A DNA stretch of 62,986 nucleotides, counting the filler, from Reclinomonas americana ATCC 50394 (Eukaryota): the NCBI GenBank assembly GCA_048213135.1. It is 7 parts of 4 records of this genome, joined end to end, with 100 filler letters (N's around TTAATTAATTAA, not from the genome) between each part and the next. Parts side by side here need not be neighbours in the genome. Positions count along the whole stretch, not along the records: positions 50,777 to 54,303 come from PS015192.1; positions 54,404 to 61,764 come from PS015193.1; positions 61,865 to 62,986 come from PS015199.1; 4 more parts are not named here. One strand, written 5' to 3'. Position numbers and translations under genes: made by a program. This document shows, piece by piece, positions 50,777 through 62,986 of this stretch. Positions within the stretch are counted from its first letter, which is position 1. The number at the start of each line of letters is the position of its first letter. The notes below the pieces were generated by a model. That model worked only from the letters and a program-made list of their open reading frames with translations. It ran no database searches and was not told the DNA's origin.

Positions 50777-53700
50777 GCTGCAAGGTGGCACATCGCAACG
50801 CGACACACTGGAAATGTCCGTCGGCCAGCTGCAGGCGCAGCTGCGTGAGCTTCAAGGTGCTCTGACGGCGGCCGAGGCCGACAAGGCTCTCCGCATGGGC
50901 CAGCTGGCTGCGCGCAACGATGCGCTGGCGGCGGCCAAGCAGGAAATCAGTCGCCTGGAAGGTGACGTGCGTCAGCAGGTGGCGTTGGTGGCCGACGGTC
51001 AAAAGACGGCATCAGGCCTCAAGAGCGAGCTGGATCGGGAGCGTGCAGCGCGAGCGGCCGACAGCGCACGATTCGAACGGCAGCTGAAGGCGCTGGAGGA
51101 TGAGTTGGCGCAGCGCCGCCACCAGCTGGAGCAGGCGAACGACGAGCTGGAGCAGGTGCGTGCGGCCAAGGAGGCTGCCGATGCCGCGTTGCAGGAGGTG
51201 TTGGCCAAGGTGGACAAGAAGCGCGAAAAGGTGGCCGGCGCACGAGCGACCAGCTCTGCGCTCGAGGTGATGGGTCACAAGATTCGCGAGCAGCTGGCGC
51301 AACTGCAGGAGGAGCGTGCGGCGCTGGAGGCGGCGGTGGCCGACGCCAATCGCCGCTGCGAAGATGCCATTCGCGAGCGTAACCAGCGCGACGCCGCCAA
51401 TGCCAAGCAGGTGGCGCGTCTGCAAGAACAGCTGGCCGCGCAAACGAAGCGGGCCGACGGTTTGGAGATGAATCTGGACAAGGCCACTGGAGACCTGCAG
51501 AAGACGCAGGCGCAGCTGAAGCAGTCGGATACCGAGAAGCAGGCCGCCGAGAGCCGTGCATCGCAACTCGAAGAGCGACTGCGAGCGGCGCAGGAGGGTG
51601 CCAGTGCGGCGGGCAGTCGTGCTGCGGAACTCGAGGGCGAGTTGTCGCAGTGGCGTCGCACGGCGGAGGAACGCGGTGCACAGATCGCAGAACTCCAGCG
51701 CGGTGAGCACCGGTCGGAGCAGGCGGCTGCTCGTGCTGCCTCGCGAATTCAGCACCTGGAGGGGCGTGTGGGCGAGCTGGAGCGTGAACACGCCGACTCG
51801 CGCGCTGCGGCCAACGATGCGCGCAAGAGCGCCGATCAGGAGCGTCTGGAGAAGGAGGCATTGGCGGCGACCGTTGCCCAGCTCACCGAGCGCCTGCGCG
51901 ATGCGCAGTCGGCGCTGACCACGGCGCGGTTCGTCGATTGTCGCTGTTCTGCAGAAGAGTCTACCTGCCTGCCTGCTCACACCACCCCTACATACGCACA
52001 GTGCCGCCAACACCATGCAACAGCAGCAACTGACAGCAGCCGCGACTGCGGCGGCCGAGGCACAGCAAGAGGTGGTGCGTCTGGAGGGCTTGGCGCGCGC
52101 TCTCGAAGCGCAGTTGCGCGATGCCAAGGTTCAGCTGGGAGAAGGCGCAGCGCAGCTGGAGAGCGAGAGGAGTGCTCGTTGCGTCCAGCCGCCTTTTCCC
52201 TGTTTGACTCTTGCTGGCCATTCATGATGTTGTGCAGGAGCGGCGGAGGCCAAGGTGGCTGCTGCCAACAAGAAAACGCTGGAGGAGCAGCTGGCGGTGC
52301 AACGGCAGGCGGTGGCCGACTGCCAGAAGGAGCTGCATGATGAGCGTGGAGCGCGTGCGGCTGCCGAGTCGGCTCTCCGTGAGGCGAAGCAGGCGTTGCA
52401 GCGTGAGGAGGTGAGGTCGATCGAGCAGTGGTGCCATGATGGAGTTCGCACTAAAAATGCGTGCACACGCACGACACTGCGCAGGGCAAGGTGACATCGA
52501 GTGAGGCCGCTCTGACCGACGCCCTCAACAAGCTTCGCCAGCGGAACACACAGATTGAAGAACTGGCGGCGCACGAAGCAGCGCTCACCAAGCTGCTCGA
52601 CGATGTCGAGAAGGAGAGGGTCGAACGTGTGGCTGCGCACGAGCGTGAGTGCTCGACTCTGGCCGAGCAGCAGAAGCAGGTTTGATGCCATCAACACGCT
52701 CATTGACCCTCTTCCTCTCGTCAACTTACATGCATGTGTGGGGGAAAAAAACAGTTGGCCGCGCAGTTGGATGCCGCCGGCAGCCGAGCTGTGGCGCTGG
52801 AGCGCAAGGACGAGGAGAAGGGGCGTGTGATTGACGGCCTGAAGAGCGACTTGCAGGCCTCGCGTGCTGCCACTGCCGATCTGGAGACGCGCCTGGCGCA
52901 GCACCAGAAGCTGCTGCGGGATGCGGAGGCGGCGCGTGTTGCTCTCGCATCGCGCCTCACCGAGGTCGAATCGGAGATGCAGCAGTGGAAGACGACGGCG
53001 GAGGAGCGTGGCAAGCGACTCTCCGAGTTGCACCACGATCTCGAGCAGGTGCAGCAGGCAGAAGCGCGACAGCAGGCGCGCGCCGATCATCTGGAGAGTC
53101 GCCTGAAGGAGGCTGAGAGGGCGCTGGAGGAGGCGCGTGCGGCACTGGCTGCCGAGCGTGCACTCAGTGCCACTGCGGTGGTCGACAAGGACAGTGTGCA
53201 GGCCGAAAATGCGCAGCTGCGTGATCGGCTGCGAGTGGCGCAGGCGGCACTCACTTCGGCGCAGGCAGACGTCGCGCTGGCCAAGGAGGAGGCCAACACA
53301 CGAACGGCTGCACTGGCGCAGCGGCAAGCGGATGTGGCCCGGTTGGAGCAGAGCCTGCGCGACTCGGACGACCACGGCAAGGAATTGGCGCGTCAGCTGG
53401 CGGAGCTGCAGGCGGAACACGATCGCAGTGTGCGTACCAATGCTGCGGCCGTGGAGTCCCTGACGCAGGCGCAGCAGCAGGCGCAGCACGAGTTGCAGGA
53501 CCGCGCGCTGGCCATTGAGGATTTGAGCAATCAGCGAGCGACGCTGCAGGCTGAGGTCAACCGCCTGCGTGCCGAGGTGGAGAAGCGCAACAGCGAATTC
53601 GGCAACACCGACGCCGAGCTGCGTCGCAAGACAGCCGAATGCACGCGTCTGCAGGCCAAGAGTGCGTCGCTCGAGTCGCGAGTGGCGGAGGTGGAGACCA

Positions 53701-56700
53701 ATCTCGACTCGACAAAGCAGGCGCTTCGCGATGCGCAGGCCGCCGTCGATAAGCTGCGCGCGGACAAGGATGCGCTCGGCAGCGAGAGCAGCAAGCTGCG
53801 CGCCCAGGCGCAGGAGTTGCGCGATGCAGCGGCTGCCGCCAACCAGGCGGCCAGCCACACTAAGGAGCAACTGGACGCGGCAACACGCGACCTGGCCGAG
53901 GCACAGCGCGAGGTGCATTCATCTTCCTCCCTCTCCCTATCCTACCTACCGTTTGCTGTGCTGACACTCTCCTTTCGTCGTGCAGTTGAGCAAGTTGGAT
54001 GCGTCGCTGGTGTCGGAGAGTGCCAAGTTGCGCGACGAGAGTAAGAAGGGCCAGGCGCTCGCCGACGAACTGGAAGGTGTGCGGCGGCAGGCGGCGGCCG
54101 ATGCCAAGGCCGCCGAGGCACGTCAAGATGCACTGCGTCGCGAACTCGCCGCGTGCCAAAAGGCACTGAAGGAGACGGAGGCCAAGTTGGCGAGCGAAAC
54201 GCGCGCTCGTGAGGATCTGGAGGCCCAACTGGCCGCCCTGAACGACAAGGTGCAGCAGAAGAAGTCCAAGGTGCAGAGTGTGCGCGGTGAGCTCCACCAG
54301 CAGNNNNNNNNNNNNNNNNNNNNNNNNNNNNNNNNNNNNNNNNNNNNTTAATTAATTAANNNNNNNNNNNNNNNNNNNNNNNNNNNNNNNNNNNNNNNNN
54401 NNNCAGGAGGTACTGGTGCAGAATGCCGCCATGGTCGATCAGCTGCAAAAGGAGAGGGAGGACCTGCAGCGGGCGCTGGATGAGTTGCACAACGAGAAGC
54501 AGAAGTTGCAAGGGTCGCATGCAGCCATTGAGCAGTCGTTTGCCGAGGTGCGCTCGCAGCTGGAGGCCAAGGAGTGGGAACACCAAGGCGAGCTGGAGAC
54601 GTTGGACATTCAGCTGGAGGAGAAGCACATGTCGACGCAGCAGCTCGAGTCGCAGCTGCGCGCAACAGAAGCCGATCTGCGAGCCTCGCAGCAGCGCGCC
54701 AACGACCTGGCCGAGCAGCTGCGCAGTTCGGAGGCCGCGCGCAGTGCGCTCAAGACCGACGTGGAGACCGTGCGCGGTGACAACCTGCGGCTGCAGGCGC
54801 AGCTGACGGAGAGTGCCGCCAAGAACTCGGCACTGCAGAACGACAAGCGGCAGGCGGAGCAGCGTGCGGCGCGTGCCGAGTCACGACTCAAGCTGGCCGA
54901 GGATCGAGTGGCCGAGTTGGAGGCACAATTGGCGGCGGCGCGTGAGTCGCTGGCCAAGACCACCAGCGCCCTGGACGAGGTGACGGCGGCGCAGAACACG
55001 CTCACTGCGGCGAATACGCAGTTGCAGAAGCGCATCGACCAGCTGCAGCCGGCACTGGCCGGTGCCCGGGAGGCACTCGCCACTCGCGAACGTGACGCCG
55101 CCAATGCCACCGAGGCACTCCACCAGGCGCAAGCCGAGTTGACGACNNNNNNNNNNNNNNNNNNNNNNNNNNNNNNNNNNNNNNNNNNNNNNNNNNNNNN
55201 NNNNNNNNNNNNNNNNNNNNNNNNNNNNNNNNNNNNNNNNNNNNNNNNNNNNNNNNNNNNNNNNNNNNNNNNNNNNNNNNNNNNNNNNNNNNNNNNNNNN
55301 NNNNNNNNNNNNNNNNNNNNNNNNNNNNNNNNNNNNNNNNNNNNNNNNNNNNNNNNNNNNNNNNNNNNNNNNNNNNNNNNNNNNNNNNNNNNNNNNNNNN
55401 NNNNNNNNNNNNNNNNNNNNNNNNNNNNNNNNNNNNNNNNNNNNNNNNNNNNNNNNNNNNNNNNNNNNNNNNNNNNNNNNNNNNNNNNNNNNNNNNNNNN
55501 NNNNNNNNNNNNNNNNNNNNNNNNNNNNNNNNNNNNNNNNNNNNNNNNNNNNNNNNNNNNNNNNNNNNNNNNNNNNNNNNNNNNNNNNNNNNNNNNNNNN
55601 NNNNNNNNNNNNNNNNNNNNNNNNNNNNNNNNNNNNNNNNNNNNNNNNNNNNNNNNNNNNNNNNNNNNNNNNNNNNNNNNNNNNNNNNNNNNNNNNNNNN
55701 NNNNNNNNNNNNNNNNNNNNNNNNNNNNNNNNNNNNNNNNNNNNNNNNNNNNNNNNNNNNNNNNNNNNNNNNNNNNNNNNNNNNNNNNNNNNNNNNNNNN
55801 NNNNNNNNNNNNNNNNNNNNNNNNNNNNNNNNNNNNNNNNNNNNNNNNNNNNNNNNNNNNNNNNNNNNNNNNNNNNNNNNNNNNNNNNNNNNNNNNNNNN
55901 NNNNNNNNNNNNNNNNNNNNNNNNNNNNNNNNNNNNNNNNNNNNNNNNNNNNNNNNNNNNNNNNNNNNNNNNNNNNNNNNNNNNNNNNNNNNNNNNNNNN
56001 NNNNNNNNNNNNNNNNNNNNNNNNNNNNNNNNNNNNNNNNNNNNNNNNNNNNNNNNNNNNNNNNNNNNNNNNNNNNNNNNNNNNNNNNNNNNNNNNGCTG
56101 GAGAAGTCGCTGGCCGAGACCACGGCTCGCCTGGCAGACACGCAGAACAAGCTGAAGGACTGTGAAGACGCGCTGCAGCGCGAACGACGTGGTCGAGCGG
56201 CCGATAAGCAGGCTGCCGGTGCGCAGGTTGCACAGCTCGAGGCCGATGTTGCTCGACATGTGGCGGCACAAGCTGATCTGAGTGGCAAGCTCGAGGGTGC
56301 GCACCAGCTGGCCACCGACGCCGTTGCGCAAGTCAAGGAGGTTTGTGTGTGGACACGCTTGATTTCTCATACGGTCGAGTTCGTTCTAACAAGCGAGTCT
56401 CCAGCTGACTGGCAAGGTGACAAACAAGAAGGCCAAGATCGGCAACTTGAAGAACGCCGTCGCAGATCAGCGGCGACAGGCTGAGGTACTTTCCCTCGTT
56501 TGAGTTGTATGTGTGATGCTGATGCTCATCCATTGTGCGACAGAACAACCGCGCACAAGCCGAGAGCCTGCGTGCGGATGTCGACAGTCTCCGTCAGCAG
56601 CTGGAGGCCGAAAAGGCGGCGCGTGAGTCGCTCAAGGGAGAGAAGGCGCAGGCCGACGCCGAGGCAGCAGCCGCTGCCACCGAGGTTTGTTTCTGCAGAA

Positions 56701-59700
56701 GAGAGAGTGCTTGCTGATTTGATTGCTCATCCTGGACCACCAGCATCGCCGGCAATTGTCCGCACTGGAGGACAAGGTGGCCGCTCTGCAGTCCACCGTC
56801 GAAGACGACAATGCCGAGAAGCGTACATTGCAGTCGCGCCTCAAGGCCGCCGAAGCCGACAAGGCTGCGCTGGCGGAGCGACACGAGGCAACCGAGCGTG
56901 AGCTGGCCGGCGTGGCGGAGAAACTGGGCGCCTCGTCGTTGCGCGAGAAGGCACTGCTCGGCGAGGTGGACGAACTGAAGGCGCAATCGGCAGCCAAGGC
57001 CGCTCAGTTGGCCGACCTGCAGAGCGCACTGCGTCGTGCCGAGGAGAATGCGTTGCGTGCTGACAATCGCAACAAGGCGCTGAAGGCGCGTATCGATGAG
57101 CAAGACGAGGCGGCCGAAGTGCAGCGCAAGGCGCTGCTGGCCGCCAATGCCGCGGTGGAGGACGAGCGCCGCGATCGAGAGCGCATGAATGGCGAGATTC
57201 GCGAGGCCGGCGCACGGTTGACGGCAGCCGAGGGCGAGGTCGCGCGTCTGCGCACGTTGCTGGACGAGGCCGTGCGTGCCAAGGACACCACCTCGGCGGG
57301 AGATGCACAGCGGCTGGCGGAGATTGTTCGCATGGAGAGCGAGTTGCAGGAGGAGCAGAACCGGTGTGCGGCGTTGAAGCGACGCGTTGCCGACATCACC
57401 GAGGCGCTGGACCGGGAGAAGGCGGCCGTCGCACGTGCTGCGGCCGAGGTCGCCGATCTCAAGGCGCAGCTGGCCAAGGCCGCCGAGGCAGCGCAAGCAC
57501 AAAACGCCAAGGCCGATGGCCAGCAGCAGGCGGCCGCGGAAGCACTGGCGGCGGAGCGTGCTCGAGCCAATGAGCTCGCCGAGGAACTGGCCGCGGCACG
57601 CAAGCAGGTGTGTGTGTTCAAATGGGCAAGTTTGATGAGAGGTTTTTCGACTGTCACTCACCTTTTATTCCACATGCAGGTCGACGCACTTGCCGCCCAG
57701 ATCAAGGAGGGCCGCGAAGGCGCTGCGCAAGCGGATGAGGTGATTGTTTTTACGTGGGTTGTGCATTGCGCCTCGCGGTGAATGATCTGACTCGCTTGCT
57801 TTGTTGACGACGACAGCGTGCCCGCGCGCAAAAGTCCCGCCTGGAGAGCGAGCTGACGACGGCCGCCGAGCGTCTGCGACAGCAGGACACGGAGACCAAG
57901 AATCGTGTGGCCGCGTTGGAGGAGGAGATTGCTCGCTTGCGTGAGCAGCTGCGAGCGGTGACGCACGATGGAGTGGCCGCCAAGGCAGCCGCCGACGAGG
58001 AGGCGGAGAAGCTGAATTCCGAGATCAACAAGCTGCGCACGGCGCTCGAGCGTGAGCGTGGCGACGCCAGTGCCGACTCGGTGCGTCTGCGTGAGCGACT
58101 GGCGCTGCTGGAGAAGGAGGTGGCGGACAAGCAAGTCGAGATTTCGTCCAAGGAGGTGAGCAGGGAGAGCATGGATCGATTCATGTGGGTGTGTGTGTGT
58201 TTTGTTGCTGACTCTTGGTGAGCAGGCGCAAATCGCAGCCATGCGCGGAGAGTTGCAGGCGGCCGCCAACAGGGTGCACGATGCGAATCGCGAGGTGGCG
58301 GTCGCCAAGGAGAAAGTGGAGGCCGCCGAGCGTCGAGTACGTCGTGAGACCGATCACAACAGTGCGCTGCAGAAGCAGCTGGAGGAGCTTGCGGAGCGGC
58401 GGTCGCAGTTGGAGCGCGATCTGGAGGAGATCCCGCGGCTGCAAATGGAGCTGGACCGTGCACGAGCACTCATCTCCAATCAGCAACTGGCCATTGCTCA
58501 AGGCGACACCAAGTACGAGGCACTGCGGAAGCACACGGATGAAGTGGAGGCGAAGCAGGCAAACCACGACGCAGAGCGTGGTGCACTGCTGGACAAGATC
58601 GACGACTTGGAGCGGTCACTGATTGCTGCCGAAGCAGAGACCAAGGCCACGGCCGAAGCGGTGAGAGTTGTTTGTAGAGTGTGGCATTCAGTTCTGCATG
58701 CTCACGACCGCACAGGCTGCACGCGCCGATGCGGAGACCAAGAAGGCGCATGCCAGAGCCGCGGATCTGACCATGGCGTTGGAGCAGCTGAAGCACGAGG
58801 TTTGATGTCCTCGCAGAGTTGGTCTTGCTGCGCATGGCGGTGCTGACTGGTCGGTTGCAGTTGGAGGCGCAACAAATGCAGAACCGAGTGCAGGCGGAAC
58901 AGGCGGCTGCGGAGCAGACTGTGCTGAACGACACCATTCGTGACTTGAAGATGCGCGAGGAGTCGCTGATGGGCGAGCTGCAGCGTCTCTCGTCGACAAT
59001 TGATATTGCCAATGTGGCCATTCAGGATCTGCGCGGCGACAAGGAGCGGGTGGGTTGTCTCGCTTGTGTCACCATCCGCGACACAAAGTTGCTTATAGTC
59101 TGTGCTCGTGTATGTTCACCGTAGCTGGAGGCCGAAATCGCCAAGTTGCAGCACGCGCTCGACGTGGCGACGGGCGACTTGGCGAGTGCACACGAGGCCA
59201 AGGGTGAGTTCCCATTCTCTCTCGTTGCACCGTACGCCAGTGTCCTTGAATCTCACTGATTTGTATCTTTTCCCACCGTTGCAGCCGCTCTTGATGTGCG
59301 CTGCAATGCAGCGGAACAGCTGGCCGAGAAGCGCCTGGAACGCATCAAGCAGCTGGAGGACGAGCTCCGGCAGCTGCTATCTCGTTCCAACACCGCCATC
59401 AAGAACCTGACCACGGAGCTGACTGAGGCGCGGTCGGCGCTGGCCGACGCACGTGCCGATCTCGGCACCACCACCAACGAGAGGAACGAATTGCTGGAGC
59501 AGCTGTCGAACGAGAGGCAGGCCCACCAGGCTGACAACACGCAGAATACCGACGAGCTGGCACGTCTGCGTGCCGAGTTGGCCGAGGCGAAGGAACGCCA
59601 CTTGAAGGAGATGCAGAGCACGGTCAACAGCCTGCGCTCCACCATGAAGGCTCTCGACACGGAGGTCGCGACGCAGAAGCGTTTGGCCGATGGTGCGTCG

Positions 59701-60115
59701 TCATCGTCGTCCCGAGTGTGATCACGTCTCTTTCTCCCCCTCGCTGACTCACTCGCAAATGTGTTGTTTGTGTGCAGAGCGCGCCAAGCGAGTGGGCGAG
59801 TTGGAGCGCCTCTTTGCCGAGGCACAGATGGTGATTACGAAGAATAACGCGGAGCTCGACCGAGCACGCAACGAGTTGAATACGTTGGAGAATGCTCGCG
59901 CCCAGCTGGCGCAGAGCGACGAATCGCGAGCCCTGCTGCAAAAGGACTTGCGAGATGCGCAGGCCAAGCTGGCTCTGATGGAAGAGGAGGTCGACTACTT
60001 GCGATCGGTGGTCGACGGTAACCCGCGTCTGCACGACCTGGTCTACATTGACGACAAACTGGCCGGTAGCCGCAGCAGTGGTAGTGACCGTAGCAAGCGT
60101 CCGTGGAAGCCGTAG
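50777..60115 (+). CDS. Very large coiled-coil protein (myosin-tail/centrosomal/rootlet-like), 5' partial, spanning two gaps
   Basis: Continuous A/E/L/Q/R heptad exons on both sides of the 54304-54403 and 55147-56096 gaps; ends RPWKP-TAG at 60115. Confidence 0.85.
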
Positions 60116-60177
60116 AAGAATCGCGAAGGCGTGCGTGTATGTGATAAAAAATGAAAACCATCTTTGTGCGAAACAGT

Positions 60178-61424
60178 TCAGTGTGCGTGCTGCAGCTTGT
60201 GGAAGAAGCGGTGGATGCGAGTGAGCGCTTCGTTGGCACGCGCATTCTGCTCCGGCACGTTCCAGTCGCCTGCGAGTCAGACACATTCAGTCGACACGAG
60301 AATTCTACATGTACTGTAGAGGTTGGTGATGCCACGCAACCACGAGCGCCGAGGAAGCCTGCGGGTGGAGGGGGAATGAACAACAACTACGGGTGAGTGC
60401 CGATGTGGAGCGCTGAGTGGAGGAGGCTGGTGCAAGACGAACCATGGAACATGTCTGGCCACGAGTCGTACTCACAGGCGGCTCCGAACGGCTTGCGATC
60501 GAGCGTCTCCTTGAAGGGCTCCAGCGGCGGGTCATCCTGCACTCATGCAGTGAGCATCTAGGGGGACTGAAGGAGACGAGAGCGCACAGGTGAGACCTTG
60601 GTGTTGATGAGGAGGAACGGGCAAGTGGCCTGCAGCACAGCCGGCAGTGGTGAGGACGTGCAAGCACCGCTGATGAGGGAGTACACACACGTGCGCGCAC
60701 CTTGTCCAACACCTCCGCAGAGAGGTTTGACGGATGCACACCGGCGACACCGTCGAGAGTGTCTGGGAGCGTGGCGAGGTGCATGCAAATCATCGCCCCC
60801 CAGCACAGACCGAGAGTGAACACTTTGCCGCCAGGCTGCACATTCTGCTTGAGGAACTCGGCCGCCGCTTGCCCATCGCGGCCCACCTGGTCATAGGTGG
60901 CGCGCTCGCCAATGAACTTCATGATGTCGTCCCTCGCCGGTGGCCACGGGTCTGTGGGGAACGGTGCTCCCTGCGCGGCGGAAAAAAAGAGTGGTGAGCG
61001 TGGAGAAGTCGAAACTGGTATGGGGCAACGAAACGTGGAACAGGTCCGGCATCACCACCAGTGCGTTGAGCGAGTCGGCGAGTCGGTCGACGACCTGGCA
61101 ACGAAAGATGATGATCGATGATTGATTGATTGATGCATGCATGCATGCATGCATGCACACACCTGGTACGTATTCGGATGCAGTCCAAAGATGTCGTAGA
61201 TGAAGAGAATGCCGCACGTGGCGGAGGCGCCTTGCGAGACGTACGCCTGCAGCTCACCAGCGATCGGCAGTGTCGAACCGCGAGGTTCGTACGCTTGACC
61301 AGTGACGGGAGCCACGTCGGTCGGGCAGCACGAGGCGGATCCTGTGCATGTGGTGCATTTAGTGGGGAGGAGAAGGGGAGACGATGCGGTGGCAGGAGGG
61401 AGTCACACCTGCAGCGCTCAGCAT
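60178..61424 (-). CDS. Dienelactone hydrolase family protein
   Basis: SCCP start, IYDIFG, VMPDLFHG, nucleophile GLCWG, HPS, MFHGFLGARGDW after splicing; TGA at 60178. Confidence 0.92.
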
Positions 61425-61864
61425 GACGACCTGAAGGAAAAAAGGAATGAATCTTTGTCTAAAGGCGTGTTGTCTCCGGCCGACGGACTGCTTGTCCTCG
61501 TACGCGAGGTGTGCAAGAAGGAGGAGGCGATGCACAAGGTCGTGGGAAGCAAGTATACTGCGCGAAAGCAATTCGGATCAAGTGGAATAGCTTCGATATC
61601 GATATCGATATCGAGTGTATCGATCTTGTTCACCGTTTCTGCAGTAAACCTGGCCGCCGGTGGCCGTACCTGACTGTATTTTCTTGGGAGCGCAGCAGTC
61701 TTCCACAGCCGGTCATGGTGTGATTCCAGATGGCCATCGCAGCTCGGAAGAGAAGCCGAATCTCNNNNNNNNNNNNNNNNNNNNNNNNNNNNNNNNNNNN
61801 NNNNNNNNTTAATTAATTAANNNNNNNNNNNNNNNNNNNNNNNNNNNNNNNNNNNNNNNNNNNN

Positions 61865-62706
61865 CCCGCCGCGGCGGCATCACTCCAGTGGGCATACGTG
61901 AGTGTATTGGTGGCTGGCCGGCGCTGACAGCCGACGCACTGGAGGTGCCGCGTGACATGCTCGCCGCCGAGCTGCTGTGATACTCGACAGTGCCCAGCGA
62001 CGACGACGCCTCGCTGCGCCAGCGGCCCTGCTCGTCGGCGGAACCAGCGGCGGCACCGCCGACCACGGACGAACCGACTCCCGTGCGCTGCGTGACAATC
62101 GTGCCCGCCGTGTCGTGCGAGGCCTCGTCCTCGTAGCCACTCAGGTTGGACTCCGACGTCGGTCTCCCACGACTGCCGTGATACTCGTCGCTNNNNNNNN
62201 NNNNNNNNNNNNGTCTGAGTGCACGGTGCCACCGTGTGCGGGGTAGCTGCGCGAGCCGACCGATGAGGCGTCGGTGTAAGGCTGCCGGCGGCTCTCTGCG
62301 CCACTGGCGCTGTCGTACTGACTGTTGGTGCGCTGCTGCATCGACGAGTACTCGGAACGTGTGTACGTGTAGTCGTCGCCAGTGCGCTGCGAGGCCATGG
62401 ACGAGGCGGTGCGACCACCACGACCACCGAGGTACTCGGCGGAGGGCACCGACCGATGGCCAGTCGACGACGAGAGCGAGGAGCCGCCCGAGGTCCCCTC
62501 ACCGCCGCCGCCACCACCTCCCGATGTGTACGATCGCTCGCTGTGGTAGTGCCGGCGCGGTGGGAGTGGTGGGGCCGCCGAGTATTGGGAGGCGGTGGCC
62601 GTGCCGGTGCCGTCGCTGGTGTGGCCGCCACCACTGCTGCTCTCGCCGGCGGTGAAGGCGCTGCTCTGGCCGCCTACGCTGCTGTAGCCGGAGGGTTGGC
62701 GGCCGT
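61865..62706 (-). CDS. Ser/Gly-rich low-complexity exon of an unidentified gene (partial)
   Basis: Open frame following a long polypyrimidine tract and TTAG acceptor near 62707; continues across a small gap. Confidence 0.5.
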
Positions 62707-62707
62707 C

Positions 62708-62986
62708 TAAAAGGGGGAAGGGTGAGGAAAGGGAGAGGGAAGGGAAAGGAGAGGGGGAAAGGGGGAGAGAGAGGGGAAGGGGGAACGGTGTGGAACAGGG
62801 GAACGGCGAGAGGGGGAAGGGGGAAGGGGGAAGGGGAAAGGGATGACAGAAAAAGGAAAGATAGAGAAGGGAATGACGAGAAGGGGGAAATGTGAATGAA
62901 AGAGGGGGAAGGGGAAAAGGATGAGGGAAAGGGGAAAGGGATGACAAAAAAAGGAAAGATAGAGAAGGGGAATGAGGAGAAGGGGG
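62708..62986. repeat. Purine-rich low-complexity tract with a ~55 bp direct duplication (~62834 and ~62931)
   Basis: GGGGAAAGGGATGACA(G/A)AAAAAGGAAAGATAGAGAAGGG occurs twice. Confidence 0.8.

Noticed and set aside
51012-58469. Long minus-strand ORFs (e.g. 52131-53918, 595 aa)
   Set aside because: Antisense shadows of the GC-rich coiled-coil exons with no independent motifs.
1773-61034. Shifted-donor introns as introner transposons or U12-type introns
   Set aside because: Intron bodies share no similarity or terminal repeats beyond the donor, and I saw no RTATCCTT donors or AT-AC ends.
61425-61450. Trans-splice acceptor (polypyrimidine + AG) just before the DLH ATG
   Set aside because: Equally explained by a 5'UTR intron, and most other starts lack such a site.

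Overview
Gene-dense, GC-rich nuclear DNA from a unicellular eukaryote using the standard genetic code (TAA, TAG and TGA all end genes). By hand I reconstructed about 24 intron-rich protein-coding genes with short GT-AG introns, mostly ~55-100 nt with YTNAY-like branch points. They include a DENN+PH protein, METTL15/RsmH, CNOT10, a GIGYF-like protein, a GPR137/THH1-like 7TM protein, CENP-L, a DMT-type transporter, an SDR, LCAT/PLA2G15, a RasGAP, a WD40 protein, a C45/dcd1 Ntn-hydrolase, DBP9/DDX56, a SHIPPO-repeat protein, an AANAT-like GNAT, an EF-hand protein, a giant coiled coil and a dienelactone hydrolase. SHIPPO repeats and METTL15 suggest a flagellated aerobic protist (inference). Six 100-nt gaps carry an artificial TTAATTAATTAA linker. 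The standout signal is a second, abundant class of 5' splice sites shifted by one nucleotide (GTTGCGT, GTTGAGT, GTTTCGT, with G at +6 rather than +5, often preceded by exonic A). I counted 39 such sites, roughly one intron in five by rough tally, coexisting with ordinary GTGCGT/GTGAGT donors. All gene models are manual and lack RNA evidence. CDS coordinates span first to last coding base including introns.
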